A model generated the notes under the pieces. It made no database searches. It saw only the letters and a program-made list of their open reading frames with translations, and was not told the origin of the DNA. The translations under genes were made by a program, and so were the position numbers. A DNA stretch of 64,000 bases from Naegleria gruberi. Lineage: Eukaryota. The number at the start of each line of letters is the position of its first letter. Position 1 is the stretch's first letter. The stretch is from the NCBI GenBank assembly GCA_000004985.1, contig GG738878.1. One strand, written 5' to 3'. This document shows, in pieces, positions 21,534-32,185 of this stretch.

Positions 21534-23767
21534 ATGAATCCACTGGCCGAAAAGCACAAAAACGAAGGAAACGAATTTTTCAAGAAGAAGGACTTTGATA
21601 GTGCTGCCACATGTTATCAAAAGGCAATCGATTTGGATCCTAACAATGCAATTTACCACTCTAATTTAGCTGCTTGCAGTCTTGCCGTTAATGACTATGA
21701 AGATGCCATCGAACACTCCGAGAGGGCTGTTAAACTCTCACCACAATATGAAAAGGCACATTTTAGATTGATTCAAGCCTATTCAGAATATTATAATATA
21801 AACAAGGCTTTAGAAGCACTGAGGAATTGTCATCAAATGTTGGTGGAAAAATATAACAATTCAATTCCTGCTGATATGCAAAAAATTATGGAACAAAGAA
21901 GTATGGAAGTTAGGAAACGAATTATTGAGAATAACAACTCAAAGAAGGTTAAGAAAATTATTTTACGTGATGGTAAATTCAATGCAGATAATGTAGAATC
22001 AATTGCTCAATTGATTGACAGGGCTGCTCTCAAAATGAATAGTAAAACTCTGAACATGGAGGAAATATTTGATTTGATTTCTGATTTTGAATTGGAAGAT
22101 TTGACTGAAGTTGACTCATATTGTACTGCAAAAGAAATTGTGACAGCTTGTTTGAAACCTGGAAAGCAAAATGACACAAATATTGGTTTGGAAAGAGTTG
22201 TGGATGACAAGTATATTAAGAAGGGGCTTATATGGCATTTATTATATGTTCCTACACATGGTACGTATCTTTAATATTCATAATATTTATTAGAAATGAA
22301 ACCTTTTCCATAATTATCATATTATAACCTTTAGGAGTTAGAGATGCTTCAGATTGTAAAAAGCTAAAATATTGTCCAAGTCCAGAACTCAGAGATTATG
22401 CTATTCATGTTTATGAAGTATTTGATTCATGTAGTCCAATTGTAATTGAACGAGCCACCTACAAACAGAAACATGAAAAGTTTGGATTCGGTCTTGAACT
22501 TTTACGTGGATTATGTGTGGCCATTATCCAGGCAAAATCCAACACTACTCCACAAAGACCACAATTTTTACCTGACAAGCTAATGATTTATGGTGTGGAT
22601 TACTTCCGTAGTAAGGCCGAAGCTGTTTTAAACTATGGATTGATAACTAAATTACCTGCTTTTAACAATGTCATGCTTCTCTCCAGAGATGAGATTCCTG
22701 GAATGATTACCATGAGTTTAGAGTTAGCTAATTCAATGGCTTCACCAGAACATCCATTTATCAAGTCCCCAGGATTGAGATCTGCTCTCATCTCAAGAGG
22801 TGAAAACTTTTCATTGGAATTTGGAAGAAATTTGTTTGAAGCTATGGCTGAATTAGCATCACTGGAACCATGGAAATACATTTCCATCATTTATCCACTT
22901 CATGTTTCAATTACTCATTCAAAATTCTCTAATAATATGGAAGTAAATCCAAGTGAAACCTTGAAACGTTTGTTAAAGAACGACGATTTAAGTTTAGAAG
23001 GTTTAGAGTATATGAATGGAAAGGAGAGAGTAGTGTGTGTGATGGGTTGTACAGATCCGAATGCAACAGGATTCTCCATTCTCAAGAATATGAGTGAATT
23101 TTCAAAGTTTGTAAGAAATCCAAATTTGATTTCTGAAATTCCATCCGTACAGTATGGTCCAATTACAAATATCAGTTTCCAAGATTTGGATGATATTAAG
23201 GCTTATTCTTGGCCTATTCATAAGGGAAGAACCTATAGCTATTATCCATTTGTTGTTACAATTCTGAAGAATTTCTTCATTACTATGGATAGAACTCTTT
23301 TGAGAAGAACAGAGTTGAAGGACTTGAAATGGATTGAAGCATTCTGTAGAGGTTTATCACAATTTATTAGAAAATGTGTCAAGCATCCACCTCTCAGTGG
23401 TTTGGAAGACAAAACCAACTTTTTGGTTACTGATGAATTTTCAAAAACTGGAATCAAAATCCAAACAACTGATGGAGAAGCTTTTGTAAAAATTATTGTT
23501 GGAAGAGATAAGGATGATGTGGTAAAGAAGTATCAATTCCATGCTGAGGATGAAGAAGAAGCAGAACAAAAGATGGTTGAAATTACCAAAGAATGGAAGA
23601 GGGAAGCTGAAAATGAAAAACCAAAAGTATGTGCTGTTTGTGGAGCTACCCAGGCTGAAGGTTCAAAGAAACTCCTCGTTTGTGGCAAATGCAAGAAGGT
23701 TCACTATTGTTCACGTGAATGTCAAGAGAAGGATTGGAAAACTCACAAGAAGGAATGTCAAAAGTAA
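21534..23767 (+). CDS. TPR-repeat and MYND zinc-finger protein, 2 exons: 21534..22260 and 22335..23767; intron 22261..22334 (74 nt, GTACGT...TTTAG)
   Basis: Exon 1 holds TPR-like repeats (AEKHKNEGNEFFKKKDFDSAATCYQKAIDLDPNNAIYHSNLAACS...). Splicing in phase 1 removes the in-frame stop. The C-terminus ends in a MYND finger CAVCG...LLVCGKCKKVHYCSRECQEKDWKTHKKEC. Confidence 0.75.
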
Positions 23768-23914
23768 TGAATTCAATAAACCAGATCAAATTCAATATTC
23801 TTCTTGGTTGGCTTTACATTGAAAAATAGCTCATAAAAAGAAACCATAGTTGTTTTGAAGTTTTGTATTTTTTATGGAGCTTTTTTAGTTTTTTCTTGTA
23901 AGTTTAATCAACCT

Positions 23915-24334
23915 TTAGTATCTAGTCTTTTTACGATCATCCTCAAAATCATCCTCCGAATAGTAATCATCATATTCACATCTATTTCTTTTACCATAAA
24001 ATGAACTATCCAAGAGGAATAGTGGACATTCTTCTTCAGCATCAGAATCTTCATCTTCTGTTTCATCTTCACTGCTACTTTCACAGCTATAATCAGCATC
24101 GGAATCTTCTTCCGAGATGAATTGCTCATCAAATTCAAGACCCTTTCTAATGACTTCATAGATCTTATCATCTGAGCAGCAGTCATTGAAAGTTTGCTTT
24201 GCTAACATTGACTCACAATTCATCAAAGCAGTCAATGGAGAAAAGGCTTCACCATCATTGGTCGTACGAACACAATTACTAGTATCAATAATTCTTCCAT
24301 CATCGACTTCATCAACCATAATAAGAGTCAACAT
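23915..24334 (-). CDS. hypothetical acidic protein (about 139 aa, D/E/S-rich)
   Basis: ORF 23915-24382 in the track. Its first ATG (24382) is immediately followed by GTAAGT, so the second ATG (24334) was chosen. Protein-like but no known domain. Confidence 0.4.
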   Translation of the reverse strand: MLTLIMVDEVDDGRIIDTSNCVRTTNDGEAFSPLTALMNCESMLAKQTFNDCCSDDKIYEVIRKGLEFDEQFISEEDSDADYSCESSSEDETEDEDSDAEEECPLFLLDSSFYGKRNRCEYDDYYSEDDFEDDRKKTRY

Positions 24335-24375
24335 GTTGGCGATATATATTGTTAGATAAAAACTTACCCAAAATT

Positions 24376-24660
24376 TTAACATTGAAAATTATCATCTTCA
24401 GATTTAAAATTAATTAAATTAATTTCATCTGATAAATTTGTTTCATCAATATGTTCTCTAAAATTTTCATTTGTTGTAAAAATTAAAAATGAATTTGAAT
24501 TATGAATTATATCTTCTCCTAATTCATCTGAAATTTCACTAATTCTAATTATTTGTAAATTTTTAATTATTGAATATAATCTTCCAAAATTAATACAAAT
24601 TGGTGAATGTTTACAATTTGATTTAATTATAAATGTATCATTATCTTTTAAATAATAAAA
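24376..24660 (-). pseudogene. Met-less open frame of about 94 codons in about 85% AT DNA, thioredoxin-fold-like (possible YtxJ/DUF2847-type KHSxxCxI motif): relic or unannotated exon
   Basis: Not in the ORF track because it has no in-frame ATG, GTG or TTG. Translation: FYYLKDNDTFIIKSNCKHSPICINFGRLYSIIKNLQIIRISEISDELGEDIIHNSNSFLIFTTNENFREHIDETNLSDEINLINFKSEDDNFQC*. An open frame this long is improbable by chance at this AT content. It is bounded 5' by TAA and lies 7 nt from the tRNA-like fragment. Confidence 0.3.
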
Positions 24661-24666
24661 TTAGGT

Positions 24667-24724
24667 AGGGTTGCGCGTAGGTCTCATAATCCTAAGGTCG
24701 TGAGTTCGATCCTCACTGACCCCA
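24667..24724 (+). tRNA. 5'-truncated tRNA-Met(CAU)-like fragment / tRNA pseudogene followed by a TTTTT Pol III terminator (24727..24731)
   Basis: Anticodon stem TAGGT/TCCTA with loop CTCATAA, variable loop AGGTC, T-arm GTGAG-TTCGATC-CTCAC, 3' acceptor strand TGACCCC and discriminator A. The 5' acceptor strand (expected GGGGTCA) and a complementary D-stem are absent upstream. Confidence 0.45.
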
Positions 24725-24787
24725 ACTTTTTATCTTGTTGCAGTTATTTCAATTTACATTGTAAAACTTAAAATTTTAAATTAAAAA

Positions 24788-26440
24788 ATGCCTGAAATTG
24801 CACTTCAGGAGGAGGTGGTTATTATTTATGATTCTGGATTCAGAAATTATTCAAATATTCAAAATGATGCCTCAACTGATCTTTCTCCCATCAATCTTCC
24901 AAGAGAAATAATTTCATCAATTTTTGAATATTTAGACGAAACAACACTAATGCACTCAATCCGATTAGTTTCTACGGGTTGGAATGCCATACTCGAAGAT
25001 GATCTCATGATCGGACCAGTTTCTTTATTTTCCAACCATCAAATTATTCAACATCAACAATTGACTGATCTTTCGAATAGAAACACATGTATTGATCATC
25101 AAATAATTTCAATATTCAAGAACTTCGTTAGATATCACAAATCATACATTTTGGAATTTAAAAAATTCACTCTAGATTCGTATTTGACTTTCACAATTGA
25201 CCGAAAACAACGTGAAAAGTTTTTTTCTGTAAAATCGACTCCAGATGTGGAATGGCACAATTTGGATTTCACAGACGATACCAATGATTCAGATTATTTA
25301 AAATCATTAGTTTTGGAAAATATTGGAAATTGTAATTCGAATGACAAGATTAATTGGTTTACCATATTTAGAAATGCCAAGAATGATTGTATTTCTTTCC
25401 ATACTTTTTTGGAAAAGAGAAAACAATCAATGGATAGAACGAATTTATTATATAGAAAATTGTACTTTCCATTAATGATATTTTTATTTATTATTTTTGG
25501 AATTTTACTTTTATGTAATTTTAACTATTTCCAAAAAGGGGAATTTAATTATTTTCTACTAATTTGCTTTTCTCCCTTATTCATGATACTAGTTCTATTA
25601 ACTAATATTCCATTCACTTTAATTGGAATATTAATTAAGGATTACAATGTACTTCAAAAAGAATTACAAAAGAGAGATTTCTATTTTAGGACATCTCCTT
25701 CCAGTGAAACTTACAAAGAATTAAGAATTAGAATACTCACTCGATTATTTTCCAAAATTGCGATTCAAATTTCCTTATTCTCACTCTTACTTTCCATTTT
25801 AGCATTTGCCATTTTACAATGCTTTGCACTGGTATTTCCATTAAAAATCGAACCATACGAATATGCAAGCATTTACAATTTTAGAGCTTTACTTTCACAT
25901 GGAATATTCGTAACTGCTCCGTTTTTCATAGCCTCACCAATTACCTCCCTATTCTTTGTGGCAACAGATTCGGTTTTCATTCAATACGTTATTCTAAACA
26001 AACACTATATTACTTTGTTAGTGGATTATGTTGTACATCTGGGAGCAGGTTTGCTTCCAGTTGGAATTCTCATTACTGACATTTATGTAACAGGGTATTT
26101 GATTTCTTTCGTATTGTTGAGTTGTTTCTTTGGAGCAATGGACATGTTTCTTTTTGTTGGGCTTGTGGATTATTTCAAAAGGAAGAGATTAAGTTTATTG
26201 ACATTTATTAGATCTGAATATTTGCTTTTATTGGATAGATTATGCTTGATGGTTGCTTTCTTAATACTAATTGGATTTCCAATTGGTTGTTTTGTAATGG
26301 CATTTGACGTCTATCAAAATGGAGTGATTTATGCAAGCTTTTTGATTGGTGGCATGTCAATACTGTTATGTTACATTGGATTCTCATTTTGCTTGAAAGA
26401 ATCAGTTTACCTAATGGCCAAACCTACAGCATTACTTTAA
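24788..26440 (+). CDS. F-box-like protein with C-terminal polytopic membrane domain (550 aa)
   Basis: ATG start. The motif LPREIISSIFEYLDETTLMHSIRLVSTGWNAIL fits an F-box. The C-terminal half has at least 8 hydrophobic helices. Confidence 0.5.
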   Translation: MPEIALQEEVVIIYDSGFRNYSNIQNDASTDLSPINLPREIISSIFEYLDETTLMHSIRLVSTGWNAILEDDLMIGPVSLFSNHQIIQHQQLTDLSNRNTCIDHQIISIFKNFVRYHKSYILEFKKFTLDSYLTFTIDRKQREKFFSVKSTPDVEWHNLDFTDDTNDSDYLKSLVLENIGNCNSNDKINWFTIFRNAKNDCISFHTFLEKRKQSMDRTNLLYRKLYFPLMIFLFIIFGILLLCNFNYFQKGEFNYFLLICFSPLFMILVLLTNIPFTLIGILIKDYNVLQKELQKRDFYFRTSPSSETYKELRIRILTRLFSKIAIQISLFSLLLSILAFAILQCFALVFPLKIEPYEYASIYNFRALLSHGIFVTAPFFIASPITSLFFVATDSVFIQYVILNKHYITLLVDYVVHLGAGLLPVGILITDIYVTGYLISFVLLSCFFGAMDMFLFVGLVDYFKRKRLSLLTFIRSEYLLLLDRLCLMVAFLILIGFPIGCFVMAFDVYQNGVIYASFLIGGMSILLCYIGFSFCLKESVYLMAKPTALL

Positions 26441-26929
26441 TTTATTTTGTAATCGAAAACTTATTTTTTCGTCAAATAATCCCGTACAAGGTATAACAGT
26501 GTTATAGATCTATTTCCATTGTGATTATTATTTCCATAATGTTGATAAAGTTCACATTCAATGATTTGATTCCAACATTATTTTGAAGACAAACATCTTT
26601 ACATTTTCTTGTTTCAAGGATTGTTTTTAGTTTGGGTATTCTCTTGTTGATGATTGTGAATAATGTGTTTATGTTGGCTTTTGAACTCTTTGATTCAGCA
26701 AAGTATTTGGTTGGATATGTCTGTGCAGGTATGTTCTGATCCTTTGAAGAGAGGTTTGACAATGAAGTGAGTCTCTAGCCTTCTTTGTTCGAGCAAAGAC
26801 ATAATCTATGGAGAGAGTAGATAGTCCACTTGTGTTGAATTGGAAATGGAAAGAAATTAGCCATTTCTCTTCGGCTCCAAGAATCTAGGTCGTGAAGTGG
26901 CCACACAGAAAATCAACAAGAAAAAAAAA

Positions 26930-27881
26930 ATGGATGAAGTTACAACTCTCTACCCTCATGTTGAAAAGTGGCTGAAATCAATAGTGCACAATTTCCAAGA
27001 TTTCAAAGAGGCCATGTCGGCACTAACCACTATTAAAAGTATTTGTCAAAATATAATTTTACAACCTTCAGATGAAAAAGTTAAAAAGATACGATTGACC
27101 AATCCACGCTTTGTTGCGAGTGTAGGAAAATTGCCAGGTGCCATCAATCTTCTTTGTTTAATAGGATTTGATAAAGTTATACAAGACAAGGAAGAATATT
27201 TAATATTTGGTTCAAATGATTTGACACCCCTCAAGACCATGCAATCAGTAATTTCTGCCATAATCAAAAGTAACGATCTCAACACTGAATCTACCAATCC
27301 AATTATTGAGCAAGTGTTAACCATGGCAAACAAGAGTATCGAAGAGCAAAAATTATTCTTACTGAAACGTACAGTAACTGATCGTTGCAATATGACAGGA
27401 ATGTTTTTTCTTGGGTATGCTTCTGGGTGTTTTGCTGATGGTAGAAATCTAGAATGGAAGAAAGAAGTTATACGAATTGCCATCAACTGTTTCAAATTTG
27501 ATTGGTTGCAACCAGTTATGAAAGATATCGAGTTCTTTCCGTGCTTGTCTTCTGAATTGGAGAAGAGTAAATATTTGGTGACATGGCTCTGTATTGGTAG
27601 ACTATTCGAATGCTATGAGTCTGTAGTGGTAAGGATACAACAGCTGCACAGTATTGCTGGAAGCATGGCAATGTTTTTGAAAAATAGGAATGATGAATAT
27701 TTTTCTTCTTGGGGTCCTAAATGGATAGATCATTTATTGGAATGCATTGATGATGCTGGCATTTGTAAAAACTTTTTATTGACACTCACATGTTTGATTG
27801 AGGATTTCAATGTCATTGACAACTTCTTGCATGGTACTAAGAAAGTTTTTGTTAGAACAGAAGAAATAGGGACAAATATCT
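26930..27881 (+). CDS. PUB (PNGase/UBA-UBX)-domain protein, 3' end truncated by an assembly gap
   Basis: First ATG at about 26930 (the ORF-track start is GTG). PUB-like core ...IKSICQNIILQPSDEKVKKIRLTNPRFVASVGKLPGAINLLCLIGFDKV...EEYLIF. The ORF runs into the N-run. Confidence 0.5.
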
Positions 27882-27931
27882 NNNNNNNNNNNNNNNNNNN
27901 NNNNNNNNNNNNNNNNNNNNNNNNNNNNNNN
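27882..27931. other. assembly gap (50 N)
   Basis: Run of 50 N; flanking sequence is discontinuous (PUB gene 3' end versus mid-kinase-domain). Confidence 0.99.
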
Positions 27932-28488
27932 GGATATTATTGAACAGATCATTGAACAAGTTGGAATTGGAATTCATTCTTTGCATTCAAAGGAATTAGC
28001 TCATCGTGATAGCAAATATTTTGGTCAGTGGTTCAAACAAGCTCTTCATTTGCTTGTGTGATTTTGATTTTGTCAATGATAACCTCACAACATCCTTATC
28101 TATTGTGGGGACTCCAAAATATCTTCCTCCTGAAATGATTAGTCAGGGGATCCTTTTAAAGAAGAATAGTACAAAGATTGACATTTGGTGCTTTGGAATA
28201 ATCATTTTTAGAATATTGTGTGAATTACTTGGTATTGATTGTTTTTCAGATTGTCCTGAAGAGATACTCGTAGAAGATGATATAAGATTAGGAAGAGCAA
28301 AGGATAGCGAACAATTGAGACAATATCTGGATAAGAAACTTTCAACATCAGAGCTATTGATCAATTATACTTTGGGAGAAGGAAGAAGAATCACCCGATT
28401 TATTGAACTTACGAGGCAATTACTCGAATACCAATATGAGAAGAGGCCAAATGCTTCCACATTAATTGAACTCATTCAGACTCCTTGA
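27932..28488 (+). pseudogene. protein-kinase C-terminal fragment, copy A of the duplicated unit, carrying an 8-nt deletion that destroys the HRDLKEAN catalytic-loop reading frame
   Basis: About 98% identical to 30366-30930. Copy A reads catcgtgat|agcaaat where copy B reads catcgtgatttgaaggaagcaaat. It begins immediately after the gap. Confidence 0.6.
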
Positions 28489-28948
28489 TAAAAATTCGAA
28501 TTAGTAATTTTTCCATTAGCTCTTTTGAGAGCTTTGAAAATTCTCACTGGACACAATTCAAGATTGAAAGTGGTTGTCTCACTCCATCCCTATGTTTTGG
28601 ATCTGACTTTGTAAAACAAATTGATTCATGTAATGTTGAAATTCCTATTATTCTAAGGTTTGAAAATCATTAATAAGCTCAAATAGTTGAGTGCTTTGAA
28701 CTCTTTTTGAAAGTTCTCATGCTGGTTATTTTGTAAAACTACTTGGTCGGGATTCATTTCCGACACAGAGCAACATATGTGTCTGTTTTGCTGTTAAAAA
28801 AGGACGCACAAATATCATCATCACTTGTGTCTATTGCCAAACTATACTGACACAGTATTTAAGGAAGAGATTTTGAAACCATGATCCAAAAAACAACAAC
28901 AAAAAAACAACTGAATATCTCTTGTAATTTACCTAGAATTCTATAATA

Positions 28949-29851
28949 ATGTCTTCTAATCAACAAAATCAATACACTTCTGTAATTGTTATTGGAGCTG
29001 GTGGAAATTGTGGTCTCGAAATTGCCAAAGCAATCTTGGAACATTACCCACAAGTCAAGTTGACCTTGCATGTTAGAAATGAGGAAAAGGTTGCCTCTTT
29101 GAAAGAAAAGGGAGGTAATGTAATTGTTGGGGATATTCTCTCAACAAGTGAAGAGGAGCTCGTAAATGCATTGTCTGGTAAAGAGGTAGTCATTACTGCT
29201 CTTGCAGCTAATCCTGAGCTATTGCTTAAAGGTCAATTGAAACTCATTGAAGCTTCCAAGAAGGCAGGTGTTAAAAAGTACCTTCCAACAACCTATGGTT
29301 TGAATTTAAATCTTTTCAAACCCGAGGAAAGTATGTTAAATGATGCCAAGTTCAAAATTACTGAAACTATCAAACAAAGTGGTTTAGAATGGACTCAAGT
29401 GAATGTAGGAATCTTTGCTCATATGGCTTCCTTCTTATTATTCACCAAGTTTGATGCAGAAACCAAGACAGTTCATTACAATGGTGATTTGAGTGAAAAG
29501 GTTGATGTTAGCTTTTTAGAAGATATTGGAAAGTTTGTAGCTAAATCTGCTATCAGAAAGGATATTGTTGGTGATATTAATGTTGCTTCTGACACTTTGA
29601 CAGTTAAGGAAATTGCTCATTTCATTCATGGTGAAAATATTGAATTCAAACAAGATCAAACAGCAGCTGATTGGATTAAATCCATCCAAGAAAGAATTGC
29701 CGAAAAGTTAAATTCTCCAAGTGAATTATTTCCAATTCTTTTGGAGCAATTAAGATGGACAATTATTTCAGGAAGAAGAGTTGAAAGCTCCAATAATAAT
29801 CTCTTCCAAGATATCAAGCCAAGATTATTCAAAACAATCAATCAACAATAA
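28949..29851 (+). CDS. NmrA-like / isoflavone-reductase-like NAD(P)-binding protein, copy A (300 aa, intact)
   Basis: ATG start. Rossmann motif VIVIGAGGNCGLEIAKAIL, NmrA/PCBER-like length and layout. Confidence 0.7.
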   Translation: MSSNQQNQYTSVIVIGAGGNCGLEIAKAILEHYPQVKLTLHVRNEEKVASLKEKGGNVIVGDILSTSEEELVNALSGKEVVITALAANPELLLKGQLKLIEASKKAGVKKYLPTTYGLNLNLFKPEESMLNDAKFKITETIKQSGLEWTQVNVGIFAHMASFLLFTKFDAETKTVHYNGDLSEKVDVSFLEDIGKFVAKSAIRKDIVGDINVASDTLTVKEIAHFIHGENIEFKQDQTAADWIKSIQERIAEKLNSPSELFPILLEQLRWTIISGRRVESSNNNLFQDIKPRLFKTINQQ

Positions 29852-29923
29852 TATTGTTTCACATTAATATCTATTAATAAAAGATGCTAGAATAATATCT
29901 TCTTCTTCATCATCATCGTCATG

Positions 29924-29973
29924 NNNNNNNNNNNNNNNNNNNNNNNNNNNNNNNNNNNNNNNNNNNNNNNNNN
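29924..29973. other. assembly gap (50 N)
   Basis: Run of 50 N. Confidence 0.99.
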
Positions 29974-29993
29974 TATTTTCCTGTCTTTCTTAG

Positions 29994-30930
29994 TCAATAC
30001 TTGCGTGACAATTACAAAGATCCAAGATATATAGGAAATGGTAACTTTGGAACTGTTTATTTGGTAACTCATCAATATTTCGATGAAAGAAAAGCAATCA
30101 AACAGTTTTCATTGAGGCAAGAGATAGAAATTGATGAACTAATGAAATGTGTAAGTGTCTTGTCATTTTGATAGTGCTAAAAAGCAAAGTATGAATTGAT
30201 TGGCAAAGATTCTCCTCATGTTCTTCCTGTGGAAGGAGTTTTTAAAACTAAAATTAAGGATGACCTTTTTGGCCTGGAAGTTTTGACACCAAAAATGGAA
30301 ATGTCATTAGATGTTTATTTACGAAAGCACTTGTTTGCAAATTCAAAACCACTGTCAACAAAATTGGATATTATTGAACAGATCATTGAACAAGTTGGAA
30401 TTGGAATTCATTCTTTGCATTCAAAGGAATTAGCTCATCGTGATTTGAAGGAAGCAAATATTTTGGTCAGTGGTTCAAACAAGCTCTTCATTTGCTTGTG
30501 TGATTTTGATTTTGTCAATGATAACCTCACAACATCCTTATCTATTGTGGGGACTCCAAAATATCTTCCTCCTGAAATGATTAGTCAGGGGATCCTTTTA
30601 AAGAAGAATAGTACAAAGATTGACATTTGGTGCTTTGGAATAATCATTTTTAGAATATTGTGTGAATTACTTGGTATTGATTGTTTTTCAGATTGTCCTG
30701 AAGAGATACTCGTAGAAGATGATATAAGATTAGGAAGAGCAAAGGATAGCGAACAATTGAGACAATATCTGGATAAGAAACTTTCAACATCAGAGCTATT
30801 GATCAATTATACTTTGGGAGAAGGAAGAAGAATCACCCGATTTATTGAACTTACGAGGCAATTACTCGAATACCAATATGAGAAGAGGCCAAATGCTTCC
30901 ACATTAATTGAACTCATTCAGACTCCTTGA
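29994..30930 (+). CDS. protein kinase, copy B, 5'-partial (N-terminus lost in the gap); exons 29994..30150 and 30190..30930, intron 30151..30189 (39 nt, GTAAGT...AAG)
   Basis: Exon after acceptor ttcttag encodes ...YIGNGNFGTVYLVTHQYFDERKAIKQFS...ELMKC (glycine loop, beta-3 lysine). Exon 2 encodes HRDLKEANILV, DFDF (DFG-like) and GTPKYLPPE. Confidence 0.6.
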
Positions 30931-31261
30931 TAAAAATTTGAATTAGTAATTTTTCCATTAGCTCTTTTGAGAGCTTTGAAAATTCTCACTGGACACAATT
31001 CAAGATTGAAAGTGGTTGTCTCACTCCATCCCTCTGTTTTGGATCTGACTTGTAAAACAAATTGATTCATGTAATGTTGAAATTTTATAAATAATTTCCA
31101 TATTTTCGAAAATTCCTAAAATTCTAAGGTTTGAAAATCATTAATAAGCTCAAATCGTTGAGTGCTTTGAAAGTTCTCACTGGAAAATCTTGTATTTTGT
31201 CCAAACAACAACAACAAAAAAACAACTGAATATCTTATAATTTATTACCTAGAATTCTAAA

Positions 31262-32163
31262 ATGTCTTCTAATCAACAAAATCAATACACTTCTGTAATT
31301 GTTATTGGAGCTGGTGGAAATTGTGGTCTCGAAATTGCCAAAGCAATCTTGGAACATTACCCACAAGTCAAGTTGACCTTGCATGTTAGAAATGAGGAAA
31401 AGGTTGCCTCTTTGAAAGAAAAGGGAGCTAATGTAATTGTTGGGGATATTCTCTCAACAAGTGAAGAGGAGCTCGTAAATGCATTGTCTGGTAAAGAGGT
31501 AGTCATCACTGCTCTTGCAGCTAATCCTGAGCTATTGCTTCAAGGTCAATTGAAACTCATTGAAGCTTCCAAGAAGGCAGGTGTAAAAAAGTACCTTCCA
31601 ACAACCTATGGTTTGAATTTAAATCTTTTCAAACCTGAGGAAAGTATGTTAAATGATGCCAAGTTCAAATTACTGAAACTATCAAACAAAGTGGTTTAGA
31701 ATGGACTCAAGTGAATGTTGGAATCTTTGCTCATATGGCTTCCTTCTTATTATTCAACAAGTTTGATGCAGAAACCAAGACAGTTCATTACAATGGTGAT
31801 TTGAGTGAAAAGGTTGATGTTAGCTTTTTAGAAGATATTGGAAAGTTTGTAGCTAAAGCTGCTATCAGAAAGGATATTGTTGGTGATATTAATGTTGCTT
31901 CTGACACTTTGACAGTTAAGGAAATTGCTCATTTCATTCATGGTGAAAATATTGAATTCAAACAAGATCAAACAGCAGCTGATTGGATTAAATCCATCCA
32001 AGAAAGAATTGCCGAAAAGTTAAATTCTCCAAGTGAATTATTTCCAATTCTTTTGGAGCAATTAAGATGGACAATTATTTCAGGAAGAAGAGTTGAAAGC
32101 TCCAATAGTAATCTCTTCCAAGATATCAAACCAAGATTATTCAAAACAATCAATCAACAATAA
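31262..32163 (+). pseudogene. NmrA-like NAD(P)-binding gene, copy B, with a 1-nt deletion (aagttcaaaTT versus aagttcaaaaTT) causing a frameshift near 31670; otherwise about 98% identical to copy A
   Basis: The ORF track splits it into 31262-31699 and 31711-32163. The homopolymer difference could be a sequencing error. Confidence 0.55.
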
Positions 32164-32185
32164 TATTGTTTCACATTAATATCTA

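Noticed and set aside
24655-24731. A complete functional tRNA-Met gene
   Set aside because: Only the anticodon arm, T-arm and 3' acceptor strand are recognisable. The expected 5' acceptor strand (GGGGTCA) and D-stem are absent. Called as a truncated or pseudo tRNA instead.
26502-26762. 86-aa minus-strand ORF between the F-box gene and the PUB gene
   Set aside because: No domain; composition typical of AT-rich intergenic DNA; a short ATG ORF nearby terminates after 30 codons. Left unannotated.
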